This document shows positions 1 to 9,389 of a stretch of 64,000 nucleotides of DNA, piece after piece (position 1 is the first letter of the stretch; every line of letters starts with the position of its first letter). The translations under genes and the position numbers were made by a program. Under the pieces are notes generated by a model. That model made no database searches. It saw nothing but the letters and a program-made list of their open reading frames with translations, and was not told the origin of the DNA. This DNA is from Polyangiales bacterium (GTDB lineage: Bacteria > Myxococcota_A > Polyangia > Polyangiales > Polyangiaceae): contig JBBRNJ010000031.1 of the NCBI GenBank assembly GCA_038230375.1, forward strand, positions 1 to 64,000, in the 5' to 3' direction.

Positions 1-2
1 CC

Positions 3-110
3 ACTGGCAAGAAGGTGTCTGCCAAGGAACTACGCACGCTGAACATCGAGCGCGACGACTTTCATGGCGATTGGAACTACGTGATCAGACCTCGAAACGA
101 AACGACCTGA
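3..110 (+). mobile_element. 3' end of ISAzo13-family (DDE) transposase, truncated by window start
   Basis: Frame from nt 3 reads TGKKVSAKELRTLNIERDDFHGDWNYVIRPRNETT*, matching the ISAzo13 C-terminal pattern (TGxKVSxxE...FHGEWNYxIxP). The element end probably lies near 138-141 (…cgggcgcTTAG). Confidence 0.85.
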
Positions 111-243
111 TCGGTCGACTTCCCCATTCGCGGGCGCTTAGGTCCGTTATAGTTACGTGTAATCGAGGCCGGCATTCGACGGCGAATCATTCGACGTACT
201 GGTTATTGGTTGATTCAACTTATTTCAAAGTTGAGTATTGAAA

Positions 244-1422
244 CTACGTGACCGAGAGCACCACGCCGGCGCCGACGGTCTTCTTTCCCTCGCGGAGCGC
301 GAAGCGCATGCCGGGCTCGAGCCCGATGGGGCGACCGAGCTCGAAGCGCACGCGATGACGCTCGCCAGGGGCAGCGACGCCGTCCGGCACGCCGACCAGT
401 TGGAGCGAGCCGGTGACATCGATCGGACCGAAGAAGAACTGCGGCTTGTAGCCATTGCCGAACGGCGTGTGGCGTCCGCCCTCCTTCGCAGTGAGAACGT
501 AGAGCTCGGCCTCGCCCGAAGCACGAGGAAGGATCGAGCCGGGGAACGAGATGACCTGTCCCCGGAAGACCTCCTCGTGACGAACGCCGCGGAGCAAGAG
601 CCCGACGTTGTCGCCTGCGCGGGCCTCCGGCTTGTCCTTGTGGAAGGACTGGATGCCCGTGACGACGACCTTGCGCGCAAGGTCATCAGCGTGCCCCGCG
701 ATCTCGACGGTCGCCCCGACGGGGAGAACACCACGATCGACGCGGCCGGTGACGACGGTGCCACGCCCTTCGATCGAGAAGACGTCCTCGATCGCGAGCA
801 GGAACGGGGCATGGAAGTCCCGCGCCGGCTCCGGAAAGTGCGTATCCATCGCGGTGAGGAGCGAACGGATCGCGGACGCGTCCGGATCCTCCGTCCTGCC
901 CGCGGCGATGGCTGTAACGGCGCGGAGCGCGGAGCCACGGACCACGGGACAACCCGTGAAGCCATTGGCCGCGAGCAGCTCCTGCGTCTCCAGCTCCACC
1001 AGGTCCGCGAGCTCGGGATCCGCGACATCCATCTTGTTCATGAACACGACGACGTGACGAACACCGACCTGACGGGCAAGCAGCACGTGCTCGCGCGTCT
1101 GCGGTTGGGCGCCCTGGGAGGCATCCACGAGCAGGATTGCACCGTCCATCTGGGACGCGCCCGTGATCATGTTCTTCACGTAGTCGGCGTGTCCCGGACA
1201 ATCGATGTGCGCGTAGTGACGAACCTGGGACTCGTACTCGACATGCGCAAGGTTGATAGTGATACCCCGCATGCGCTCCTCGGGAGCGCTGTCGATCTCG
1301 GCGAGCGAGCGTCCGCGACCACCAAACGCGGCCGCCGCCACCAGCGTGATGGCGGAGGTGAGCGTGGTCTTGCCGTGGTCGACGTGTCCAATGGTTCCAA
1401 CGTTCATGTGCAACTTGCCCAT
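244..1422 (-). CDS. tuf: Elongation factor Tu, divergent stand-alone paralog (EF-Tu3-like)
   Basis: Motifs [38 protein letters not shown] and C-terminal [17 protein letters not shown] at 1422 with AGGAG RBS. Lacks the usual MAKEKFER N-terminus and is not in a ribosomal operon. Confidence 0.97.
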   Translation of the reverse strand: MGKLHMNVGTIGHVDHGKTTLTSAITLVAAAAFGGRGRSLAEIDSAPEERMRGITINLAHVEYESQVRHYAHIDCPGHADYVKNMITGASQMDGAILLVDASQGAQPQTREHVLLARQVGVRHVVVFMNKMDVADPELADLVELETQELLAANGFTGCPVVRGSALRAVTAIAAGRTEDPDASAIRSLLTAMDTHFPEPARDFHAPFLLAIEDVFSIEGRGTVVTGRVDRGVLPVGATVEIAGHADDLARKVVVTGIQSFHKDKPEARAGDNVGLLLRGVRHEEVFRGQVISFPGSILPRASGEAELYVLTAKEGGRHTPFGNGYKPQFFFGPIDVTGSLQLVGVPDGVAAPGERHRVRFELGRPIGLEPGMRFALREGKKTVGAGVVLSVT

Positions 1423-1486
1423 CTTGATTTCTCCTGTTGTTCGGGGCCGGGCATGGCCACGTGCTGTGCGCAAAAGCGCGGACTTG

Positions 1487-1539
1487 AAATGCGAAAACCC
1501 CCTCGAGCGGCTTCTTGCGGAGCGCCGGAGGGGGTTCGA
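1487..1539 (-). terminator. Intrinsic terminator (attenuator) in the 5' leader of tuf
   Basis: Minus-strand transcript reads AACCCCCUC…GAGGGGGUU (9-bp perfect stem) running into a U-rich tail (GGGGG-UUUUCGCAUUUC), about 65 nt upstream of the tuf start. Confidence 0.75.
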
Positions 1540-1584
1540 GGAGCCTTTTTTCAGCTCACTTCTGATGGACTGTCAGTCAAACCG

Positions 1585-1704
1585 TCAGTCGATACACCCT
1601 GGGCACTTTTCCTGCGAACACACGCAAGCCATCACGTTGGATTCACGTGAAGTGCGTGAACCTCGTGAGGCGAGAGTGGTGTTGTGGAAGGTGCCAAAAC
1701 GCAT
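1585..1704 (-). CDS. Putative 39-aa leader peptide of tuf attenuator
   Basis: MRFGTFHNTTLASRGSRTSRESNVMACVCSQEKCPGCID*. Its last codons (AGGGUGUAUCGA, + strand 1589-1600) are complementary to the terminator 5' arm (UCGAACCCCCU, + strand 1529-1539). Confidence 0.5.
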   Translation of the reverse strand: MRFGTFHNTTLASRGSRTSRESNVMACVCSQEKCPGCID

Positions 1705-1738
1705 GACGAGATGAATGTGGTCCGGAAACTGCGTTTCG

Positions 1739-3211
1739 TCAAGGAGCCAATGGCGGTTCGCGCGCGGCGCCGTCCCCCACGAGCCCGCTGTCCCCCACGA
1801 GCGCGATGTCCGCGATGGGGTCTCCAACCATCTCGAGCGGGTTCACGCGTGCGTCGAACTCCTGCGCCGTCATCACCCCCAGCTGCACGGCGGACTCCTT
1901 GAGCGTGATGCCCCTGGCGTGTGCGTTCTTCGCGATCTCCGCGGCGCGGTCGTAGCCGATGACCTCATTGAGCGCCGTCACCAGCATCAGCGATCCGGAG
2001 AGGTGCTCGGCGATCCGTGCATGGTTCGGCATGAGCCCGCTCATGCAGTGCTGCCGGAAGCTGTCGCTCGCGTCTGCGAGCAGCCGCGCGCTCTGGAGGA
2101 ACGCATGGACGATCACCGGCTTGTAGACGTTCAGCTCGAAGTTGCCGTTCGCGCCTGCAAATCCGATGGTGACGTCGTTGCCCAGAACCTGAGCGCACGC
2201 CATTGTCATGGCCTCGCACTGGGTGGGGTTCACCTTCCCGGGCATGATCGAGCTCCCGGGCTCGTTGTCCGGAATCGTGATCTCGCCAATGCCGCAGCGC
2301 GGCCCCGACGCGAGCCACCGCACGTCATTCGCGATCTTGTGAAGGCTCACAGCCAGCGTCTTGATGGCCCCGTGCGCATGGACGAGCGCATCATTCCCCG
2401 CGAGCGCCTCGAACTTGCTCGGAGCAGAGACGAACGGCTGCCCCGCACGCGCGACGAGCCTGGCGATCACCTTCTCGGAAAATCCCTTTGGCGCGTTCAG
2501 CCCGGTCCCGACGGCGGTGCCGCCCAGCGCGAGCTCGTGCAGATGCGGAAGCGCAGCCCGAACATGGTGAATCCCGTGCGTCAGCTGGGAGACCCACCCG
2601 CTCATCTCCTGGCCGAGCGTCAGCGGCGTTGCGTCCATGAGGTGCGTCCGCCCGATCTTCACCACGTGCGCGAACGCGTGCGCCTTGTTCCAGGTCTCGT
2701 CGCGAAGCGCTGCCACGGCCGGAAGAACGCGCCGGGTGAGCATGAGGACGGCACACACGTGCATCGCCGTGGGGAACACGTCATTGGATGACTGGCTGCG
2801 ATTCACATCGTCGTTGGGATGAACCAACCTTGCCTCGCCGCGGCCTCCGCCAAGCAGCTCGCTCGCACGATTGGCAAGCACCTCGTTCACGTTCATGTTC
2901 GTTTGCGTCCCGCTGCCCGTCTGCCAGACGACAAGCGGAAACTCCACGTCGTGCTTTCCGGCGATCACCTCGTCGGCCGCAGCGGCGATGGCTTCTGCCT
3001 TCCTGGGGTCCACCGCTCCCAGCTCCGCGTTCACGAGCGCGGCTGCCTGCTTCACCATCGCGAGCGCGACGATCAGCTCCCTGGGCATCCGCTCATGTCC
3101 GATGCGGAAGTTGTTGAGCGACCGCTGCGTCTGAGCGCCCCACAGCCTTTCGGAGGGGACCTGGACCGTGCCCATCGTGTCTTTCTCGGTTCGGCTCGCC
3201 TGGGTGTTCAT
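1739..3211 (-). CDS. fumC: Class II fumarate hydratase
   Basis: [48 protein letters not shown] and [15 protein letters not shown]. Start chosen at ATG 3211 (alternative TTG 3232). Confidence 0.97.
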   Translation of the reverse strand: MNTQASRTEKDTMGTVQVPSERLWGAQTQRSLNNFRIGHERMPRELIVALAMVKQAAALVNAELGAVDPRKAEAIAAAADEVIAGKHDVEFPLVVWQTGSGTQTNMNVNEVLANRASELLGGGRGEARLVHPNDDVNRSQSSNDVFPTAMHVCAVLMLTRRVLPAVAALRDETWNKAHAFAHVVKIGRTHLMDATPLTLGQEMSGWVSQLTHGIHHVRAALPHLHELALGGTAVGTGLNAPKGFSEKVIARLVARAGQPFVSAPSKFEALAGNDALVHAHGAIKTLAVSLHKIANDVRWLASGPRCGIGEITIPDNEPGSSIMPGKVNPTQCEAMTMACAQVLGNDVTIGFAGANGNFELNVYKPVIVHAFLQSARLLADASDSFRQHCMSGLMPNHARIAEHLSGSLMLVTALNEVIGYDRAAEIAKNAHARGITLKESAVQLGVMTAQEFDARVNPLEMVGDPIADIALVGDSGLVGDGAAREPPLAP

Positions 3212-3267
3212 GCGCTCGAAGGCATAGCGCAACGAGCCGCCGCGCGCTCACCGTTGGCGGCGGGAGC

Positions 3268-4689
3268 TCACGGCTTGATGCCGTCGTCCTGGAGGCCCGT
3301 GTACGCGTTCGGCGGCACGAGCCCTAGCCACGGGTCCGAGGCCGGCGTGCTGAAGAGTGTATCATACACGTGTTTGTTGAGCGTTGGCAGGTCCAGCGGC
3401 TGCGCGGCGAGCCAGCGGTGGATGTTCGCGTGGATGCCCAGCTCGTTCTTGGCGGTGTCCTCCGCCATGGACGTCTCGAACGCGTTGTACATGCTCTCGA
3501 GCTCCGGCGGGGAGAGCGGGCGGCCCGGCGATTCTGCATCGCTCCAGTTGCGTGGGTGCTTCTCGCGGATGAGCGACTTGCTCTGCTCGTCCAGGCGCGC
3601 TTCGTTCCGATGCTGCGGCGCGAAGACGCCCCACGGCACGGTGTCCACCGGCGGCGCACCTGGCATGAACCCCTTCAGCGGGCGCATCTCCACTGCAGAC
3701 TTCGACGGCGCGATGTTCATGGCGAAGACCGCGGGCGGCGGCGGCCCGGCAGCGCCAGGCGGTCCCAGCGGACCCGGGATCGCGATGGGCAGCGGCAGTG
3801 CGGGCATCCCCGCACGCGCGACCTCCGTGCGGAAGCGCGTAGCGCTCTCCTCGGTTGCATGGGTGTGGAACGCGCGCAGGAGCGCCTGACGCGCCTCACC
3901 CTTCATGCCGCGTGTGGAGAGCGCGAGTGCCTCGGCGCGCGTGAGCGCCTCCTTCCACGCCTGCGGACCGTAGAGCCCGGGCAGCGCGTCCACGGGGCGA
4001 CCGTCCTCGTCGAGTACGTAGTGGATGCTGTTGCCCGTGATCGTGCGCGTGATCTTGCGGCCGTCGCGATAGTCGATGGTGATGGTGGGCGCCGGCCGCT
4101 CGCTCTGCCAGAGCAGCACGTAGTGCGCGCGAAGGTAGTCGGACACGTCCTTGTTCGCGTAGAGCGTGGTGCGGAAGAAGCGGCTGTTCGCGCACGACAG
4201 ATCCTCGTCCAGGTTGCCGAGCAGCTGCAGCGCCAGGATCGGCCTCCCGCTCGCCTTGGCCGCGGACTCCGCGTCGATCAGGTTCGTGTACCAGTAGAGA
4301 CGCGAGACATGCGCATCGCGCTGCTTCGCCACGCCGTCGATCACGGGACGCAGCGACGCCCTCTGCGCCTCGTCACTCGTTGCGTCGTAGGCGGCGAGCA
4401 CTGTTGCGAGGCCGGCTTCCTGCTGTCCGCGCAGCGTTGCAACGGCGCCTGCATCACCGGCTGCCGCGCGCGTCACGAGCGCATTCATGGAAGGGCGGCC
4501 TGCCGTCTGGACCGGACCAGCCCCGCTGGAGGCGGCACCCCCACATGCAGCCAAGGCCGCGAGGCCGGAGAGGAGACACAGCGTCACGCAGGAACGGCGC
4601 AGGAATCGCGCGGGGGAGCGGGTGCACACGCTGGGCATCTGCGTTGGACGGGCGTGGCCCGCGAAAGTTTTGATCGAGTTTTCGTCCAT
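3268..4689 (-). CDS. Lipoprotein with thioredoxin-like (selenoprotein N-like) domain
   Basis: Lipobox LAAC. Segment WYTNLIDAESAAKASGRPILALQLLGNLDEDLSCANSRFFR is Trx-fold-like. True start is probably downstream of 4689. Confidence 0.6.
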   Translation of the reverse strand: MDENSIKTFAGHARPTQMPSVCTRSPARFLRRSCVTLCLLSGLAALAACGGAASSGAGPVQTAGRPSMNALVTRAAAGDAGAVATLRGQQEAGLATVLAAYDATSDEAQRASLRPVIDGVAKQRDAHVSRLYWYTNLIDAESAAKASGRPILALQLLGNLDEDLSCANSRFFRTTLYANKDVSDYLRAHYVLLWQSERPAPTITIDYRDGRKITRTITGNSIHYVLDEDGRPVDALPGLYGPQAWKEALTRAEALALSTRGMKGEARQALLRAFHTHATEESATRFRTEVARAGMPALPLPIAIPGPLGPPGAAGPPPPAVFAMNIAPSKSAVEMRPLKGFMPGAPPVDTVPWGVFAPQHRNEARLDEQSKSLIREKHPRNWSDAESPGRPLSPPELESMYNAFETSMAEDTAKNELGIHANIHRWLAAQPLDLPTLNKHVYDTLFSTPASDPWLGLVPPNAYTGLQDDGIKP

Positions 4690-4775
4690 TTTTTCGGGAA
4701 GACGTGCGGCGGCTGAGCGTATGCTTGCCGGCGCGAAACGCGGGGGAACGTGCCTCGCCGCGAAGGAGATCCCTC

Positions 4776-6110
4776 ATGGACAAGGTTCTGTTCGGCGCAG
4801 TGGTCGTGTCGTGTGCAGCGGCTGTCGCGTGCGGAGGTGGCAACGAAGCACCGCCCCCCAAGACGCAGTCCAATCCCGTCGCCACGGTGCCGCCCCCAGC
4901 GAAGCCCGATGACCCGCAGGCGCCTTCGGTCCACTACATCACCGGCGACAAGCTCGTGGGGCTGGTCTTCGACAGGTCCGACGGCAAGATCAAGGTCCGC
5001 GTGGACGGCACCACGGACATCATCGAGCTCACGCCGGAAGAGGACCGTCACGGCGGCGAGCTACGCGGGCACTACCTCACCACGCCGGAGGACAGGCACA
5101 TGATGTACCTCCACACGGGCGGCGGCCTGACCTACTACAAGGGTCGCGACGAGTTTCATCTCCAGCGCGATCACTCGACCGATCCGCTGCCCGCGGCCAC
5201 GCTCGCCGGTCCACCGGTGAAGAAGAAGCTGCCGTACCAGCTCCTGGACGAGCAGCTTGACGCCATCAGCGTGCGGAAGAAGTTCTCCTCGTTCACGGCG
5301 CTGGACGCATCGAACCTGGCGAAGGTGTCGGCGGCATTCGATCAGGTCGACGCGAGCATGGTCGTCCACTACGTGCTGCGCGATCCGAACGGCTGGCTCC
5401 CGCACAACGCGTTCACACCGCAGAACGTGAGCGGCACTTCGTTCGGCGGCGGCGCATGGCAGGCCGACGAGATGTGGGATCGCAACAAGAAGGGCCTCGC
5501 GAAGTACGGCGGCCTGGTGAAGGGCTACTCGGAGTACGAGAGCGTCGGCAACCACCTCTTCGTGCAGACCATGAAGGGCTATCCGGCGCCGCTTGCGAAC
5601 GGCACGCCGGGCATCGTCTGGGAGATGGACAGCACGACCGCCGTGTTCATCGCGTTCGACGGCGCGCGCTACACCGTGGACGTGGGCAACAGCTCCGTGG
5701 AGAAAGGCGCACCGCTCGAGATGGGCCCGGGCGCTCCCGCATCGTGGCCGGCGCCACTGCAGCACTCGCTCATGGGCATCCCGGAGATCACAGCGCTCGC
5801 GAAGGCCGGCGCGCTCCCGCAGAAGACCGGCGACGATCTACTGCTCGTCGACGACGAGTGGAACAAGTGCGCGCAGAAGACCTGGGCCACCGCCAAGACC
5901 GACATCGACAAGCTCCGCGCCACCGACATGAACTGGTCCACGCGCGAGGGCCGCGGCCAGCAGCTCCACGAGAAGTGGGTGGAGACCGTGCGCTCCAAGT
6001 GCAAGCCCACCACCGAGAAGCTCGAAAAAGCAGTGGTCGCCGTCATCGAAGCCCGCGACAAAGAGCGCCTCGCCCTCTTCGAAAAAGCCAAGACCAAATT
6101 CGGCAAGTAA
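4776..6110 (+). CDS. Lipoprotein, uncharacterised (possible DUF4908-like N-terminal domain)
   Basis: AAGGAG RBS before ATG 4776, lipobox AVAC, strong GC3 codon bias. Confidence 0.75.
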   Translation: MDKVLFGAVVVSCAAAVACGGGNEAPPPKTQSNPVATVPPPAKPDDPQAPSVHYITGDKLVGLVFDRSDGKIKVRVDGTTDIIELTPEEDRHGGELRGHYLTTPEDRHMMYLHTGGGLTYYKGRDEFHLQRDHSTDPLPAATLAGPPVKKKLPYQLLDEQLDAISVRKKFSSFTALDASNLAKVSAAFDQVDASMVVHYVLRDPNGWLPHNAFTPQNVSGTSFGGGAWQADEMWDRNKKGLAKYGGLVKGYSEYESVGNHLFVQTMKGYPAPLANGTPGIVWEMDSTTAVFIAFDGARYTVDVGNSSVEKGAPLEMGPGAPASWPAPLQHSLMGIPEITALAKAGALPQKTGDDLLLVDDEWNKCAQKTWATAKTDIDKLRATDMNWSTREGRGQQLHEKWVETVRSKCKPTTEKLEKAVVAVIEARDKERLALFEKAKTKFGK

Positions 6111-6148
6111 CCCTGACGAACTCGCCCGAGCCCTCCGAGAGGGGCGCG

Positions 6149-6916
6149 TCAGCGGGATGGGGGCGTCGAGGGGCGCGCGGCGAGCTCTGCTCGTAGCTTG
6201 AGGACCGCGTCGCCGATGGTGGCGCGGGCTTCTTCGCGGATTCGCGGGATGTCTTCGAGCGTGAGGCCTTCGGTCGAGATCGGCTCGAGGACCCGCGCGC
6301 GTGCGTGTGCCTCGCCGAGCCATGCTGAGCCCTTCGGCAAGCAGTCCTTCGTGCCGGAGAGCGCGACCGGCAGGATCGGGACCTTTGCCTCGATCGCCAT
6401 CTGGAATGCGCCGTCCTTGAACGGCAGCAGCGTGCCGTCCTTGCTGCGCGTGCCCTCCGGGAAGATCATCACGCTCATCCCGTTCTTCAGCGTGTACCTG
6501 CACTCGTCGAACATCTTCTCCACGCTGTCGCGTTGACCGCGCCGCAGCGGGATGTCGCCGCCCATGGTGAGGATCCACCCGACGACCGGCGGCTTGAAAA
6601 GCGACTCCTTCGCGATCCAGCGCATGTCCCACGGCAGGTGCGAGAGCAGGAACGGATCCGCTTGCGACTCGTGGTTGGCGATCACCACGTACGGCTTGCG
6701 ATCGATGTCCGACGGCGGCACTCCATCCGTGGAGAACTTCCAGAGCGGCGTCATGTTCGACGTCACGCGGCCGAGCCTCCGCACCCACTGGCCGGGCACG
6801 CGATGAGTCGGGTCGTGCGCATGGAGGGAGCTCGCCACCTTCATCACGGGGACCCAGGCCAGACACGTGAGCGCGAACTCCAGGTACGTGTAGGTTCCAA
6901 GTAACGCGTGACGCAT
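6149..6916 (-). CDS. Lysophospholipid (1-acyl-G3P) acyltransferase, PlsC family
   Basis: NHESQAD (HX4D) and IFPEGTRS motifs, PFKDGAF. Confidence 0.92.
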   Translation of the reverse strand: MRHALLGTYTYLEFALTCLAWVPVMKVASSLHAHDPTHRVPGQWVRRLGRVTSNMTPLWKFSTDGVPPSDIDRKPYVVIANHESQADPFLLSHLPWDMRWIAKESLFKPPVVGWILTMGGDIPLRRGQRDSVEKMFDECRYTLKNGMSVMIFPEGTRSKDGTLLPFKDGAFQMAIEAKVPILPVALSGTKDCLPKGSAWLGEAHARARVLEPISTEGLTLEDIPRIREEARATIGDAVLKLRAELAARPSTPPSR

Positions 6917-6990
6917 GGGGCTCTCTTGCACGGCCTTGTCACCATGCCCTGAGGCGTCCCTTCGGGTCTCGTCACAAAACCGTCAGCGCG

Positions 6991-7314
6991 TCACTTGGGT
7001 TGCGTGGACGACGAGCCGGCTGTCGCAGGCGTGGACGCCAGGAAGTCCGTCAGCTCTGCCCACTGCTCGTCGGACAGGTGCGTGCGCGTCTTGTGGCGCT
7101 TCCATGCATCCTCGAGCGTCGCCCGCGTGCGCGTTCCGGGCTCCACGCGGCGGTGACAATTGCCACACTTCGCGCGCCACTCCTCTGCGATCTGCGGCTC
7201 CGTCGCGGTCGGCGACGACGCGGTCCCGGACGTGCCACCGCATGCGACAAGCACCGATGCGCCCAGCGCGAGGAGCGTCGTTTTGACGGATAGCGGCAAC
7301 ATCTGGAACTTCAT
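6991..7314 (-). CDS. Small monoheme c-type cytochrome lipoprotein (107 aa)
   Basis: MKFQ…LVACGG lipobox and CGNCH heme motif. ATG overlaps the upstream stop (ATGA). Confidence 0.8.
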   Translation of the reverse strand: MKFQMLPLSVKTTLLALGASVLVACGGTSGTASSPTATEPQIAEEWRAKCGNCHRRVEPGTRTRATLEDAWKRHKTRTHLSDEQWAELTDFLASTPATAGSSSTQPK

Positions 7315-8126
7315 AGGCTGAGCCCCACGATGGTGCGCCCGTAGACGCGGCCGAAGGACTCGCCAGCGTCGAGCGTGTGGTGCGGATCCGACATGCGCGC
7401 GTAGACGCCAGTCGACCACCAGAGCTTGCCAAAGTTGAACATCATGACCGGGCCCGCGTAGTGATGCGGTCCCTGGTCGAAGGTGCGGCCGCCGTCTTCC
7501 TCGCGATCCGGGAACTCCGTCTTGTTCCAGTACTCGATGCCGGGATGGACGATCGGGTTCACCTGGTAGCTCACGCCCGCGGACGGTGAGATCTCCCACG
7601 CGCTCGGCCCCTGGTACGCCAGGATGCGTGAGCCCACGAGGTTTGCCATGAGGTGGAAGTCGCCGAGCTGCTTGCTCAGGATCAACTTGGTCTCGAGCTC
7701 GATGTTGTCGGACAGCTCGGACACCTCTCCATAGACGGCGATGTCGATCGGAAGCACGTCCTGATCAGCGAAGCGATACCGAAGGCGCTGGCGGATACCC
7801 GTGTCGCCGAGCGCGGGCACATTCGTGTACTCACCGCCTACACCGGGCGCGAACGCGATGTAGAGCGCGATCTCGAGGCGGTTCGTGATGCCGTACTCGA
7901 ACTCCGTCTGGAAGGCGGGGGGCAACACCCACGCCTTCTGTCCGTCGGCGGTGGTCGCGCGCACGGGGCTGACATCCGTGTACTGCTCGAGCTCGAGCTC
8001 GCCCTTCGCCAGTGTCTGGTACGGATACGTGAAGGGCAGCTCCTTCGGCGTCGCGCCCGCCGTCCCCCCGGCGAGCATGACGGCCGCGAGAACGCAGCTG
8101 CTGGTGAGTGAGGTTTGAAGGTTCAT
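7311..8126 (-). CDS. Secreted putative outer-membrane beta-barrel protein (DUF6662-like)
   Basis: Signal peptide ending AGA, alternating amphipathic strands (TEFEYGIT, ELETKLILSKQ, AGVSYQ, PGIEY), C-terminal GRTIVGLSL. Confidence 0.7.
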   Translation of the reverse strand: MNLQTSLTSSCVLAAVMLAGGTAGATPKELPFTYPYQTLAKGELELEQYTDVSPVRATTADGQKAWVLPPAFQTEFEYGITNRLEIALYIAFAPGVGGEYTNVPALGDTGIRQRLRYRFADQDVLPIDIAVYGEVSELSDNIELETKLILSKQLGDFHLMANLVGSRILAYQGPSAWEISPSAGVSYQVNPIVHPGIEYWNKTEFPDREEDGGRTFDQGPHHYAGPVMMFNFGKLWWSTGVYARMSDPHHTLDAGESFGRVYGRTIVGLSL

Positions 8127-8184
8127 CTGGGGACTCGAGGCGCCCGGGCGAAGGCCGCGAGCTGCATGCATTCGTTATGATGCA

Positions 8185-8203
8185 ATTGAATATGATTTTC
8201 AAT
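8185..8203. promoter_or_regulatory. Fur-box-like palindrome
   Basis: ATTGAATATGATTTTCAAT, a 7-1-7 inverted repeat (TGAAAAT-C-ATATTCA on the minus strand) in an AT-rich island about 60 nt upstream of the barrel gene. Confidence 0.65.
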
Positions 8204-8304
8204 AGCGATAACGCCGAATGGCTGAAATTGTGCTGTCGACATTGAAATTGTTCGTCATTTTTGTCGGCCTTGCGAGGCGTGTGAGGCCGTGGTTTTGTGA
8301 TCGG

Positions 8305-8874
8305 ATGCGGGTGCGGGCGTTCGCGGCAGGTCTTGGGGCAGCGGCCATCCTCGCGTTGCCATCGTCGGCGTTCGCGGGCTCACCAGGCTCGAGCAGCGTT
8401 GACGATGCGGGTGCCATGAACGTGGACGCGCTCCTCACGCAGCTGACGCGTGATGTGGAGAACCTGTCCGTCGCCGACTGTGCGCTGTCGTGCAAGGCGC
8501 TCGCGTCCATGGAGCGCGCGCGCGATCGGATCTGCGACCTGTCACCCGGCACGCGGTGCGACGAGGCGCGCGCGAAGGTCGCGTCCGCGCGCGACAAGGT
8601 CTCGGCGGCATGCCCCACGTGCACACCACACGAGCACCCGGAGCCCGCGCCGCACAACGACGCGAAGGCTTCCGCGCCTCCACCCGCCCACCCCGGCGAC
8701 GGTGCGGAGGTGCAGTCCGAGCGCGAGCGCGGCGGTTGCGCGAGCTGCCGTGTGACGGGCGAGCGCGGCGGGCGTGGCGGCGACGCAGGAGATGCTGGCC
8801 TCGTGGTGCTGGCGACCTTCGCGCTACGACGGATCGCGCGGCGCCGCAGCAGCGACCGCCCTTCCCGTTCGTGA
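8305..8874 (+). CDS. Secreted Cys-rich protein with MYXO-CTERM-like tail
   Basis: Signal peptide AFA, CxxxC…C…C…CxxC domain, then GGCASC + hydrophobic stretch + Arg-rich end. Confidence 0.75.
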   Translation: MRVRAFAAGLGAAAILALPSSAFAGSPGSSSVDDAGAMNVDALLTQLTRDVENLSVADCALSCKALASMERARDRICDLSPGTRCDEARAKVASARDKVSAACPTCTPHEHPEPAPHNDAKASAPPPAHPGDGAEVQSERERGGCASCRVTGERGGRGGDAGDAGLVVLATFALRRIARRRSSDRPSRS

Positions 8875-8888
8875 TCGTGATCGCGAGA

Positions 8889-9329
8889 TCAGGGACGGCG
8901 AGCGCCGTCGATGCGGCGGGTGTCCACGAACAAGACCCAGGCGCTGGCGTCGGAGTCGACGTCGTCAGGCGTGCGCGGATGCGAGGCGTCGCGCGCGAAG
9001 CAACGCAAGGTCACGCTGGGGCCCGCCGCGCCTGCATCGCGGCGAACGACCACGCGGAATGCGCCCTGGGGCTCCAGGCGGGACGCCAGCGCGAAGGCCG
9101 CCTTCACGGCGTGCAGGAAGGTCGCATCCGCGTCCGCGTCCGCGGGTGCGACGTGCTCACGCTCGCCATCGACGTAACCAGCCATGTCGAGCGCCGAGAA
9201 CGGAGGAGCGGCACGCGCAATGAGCGCGGTGAGCCGAGGCGATAGGACGACCCCGCGTAGCGCGCGATCCCACTGGCCAGCTTGCGACTGCCAACGTTCT
9301 TCGAGCGCTCGGCTCTTGAGGATACGCAT
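8889..9329 (-). CDS. Hypothetical protein
   Basis: 146-codon ORF filling the gap between neighbours; no recognisable motif. Confidence 0.4.
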   Translation of the reverse strand: MRILKSRALEERWQSQAGQWDRALRGVVLSPRLTALIARAAPPFSALDMAGYVDGEREHVAPADADADATFLHAVKAAFALASRLEPQGAFRVVVRRDAGAAGPSVTLRCFARDASHPRTPDDVDSDASAWVLFVDTRRIDGARRP

Positions 9330-9389
9330 CCCGCTCAGTCTAGCGCACTGCGGCCCCCCGGATCTGCTAGTCTCAGGAGTTCGCGATCG

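Noticed and set aside
238..1650. 470-aa + strand ORF and similar long antisense ORFs (e.g. 20730-22895, 29300-31489, 61521-63374)
   Set aside because: Shadow or alternative frames of well-supported genes, expected at high GC; no motifs.
1772..1802. 13-bp direct repeat in the fumC tail
   Set aside because: In-frame 18-nt duplication ([12 protein letters not shown]) in a dispensable C-terminal extension; no sign of function.
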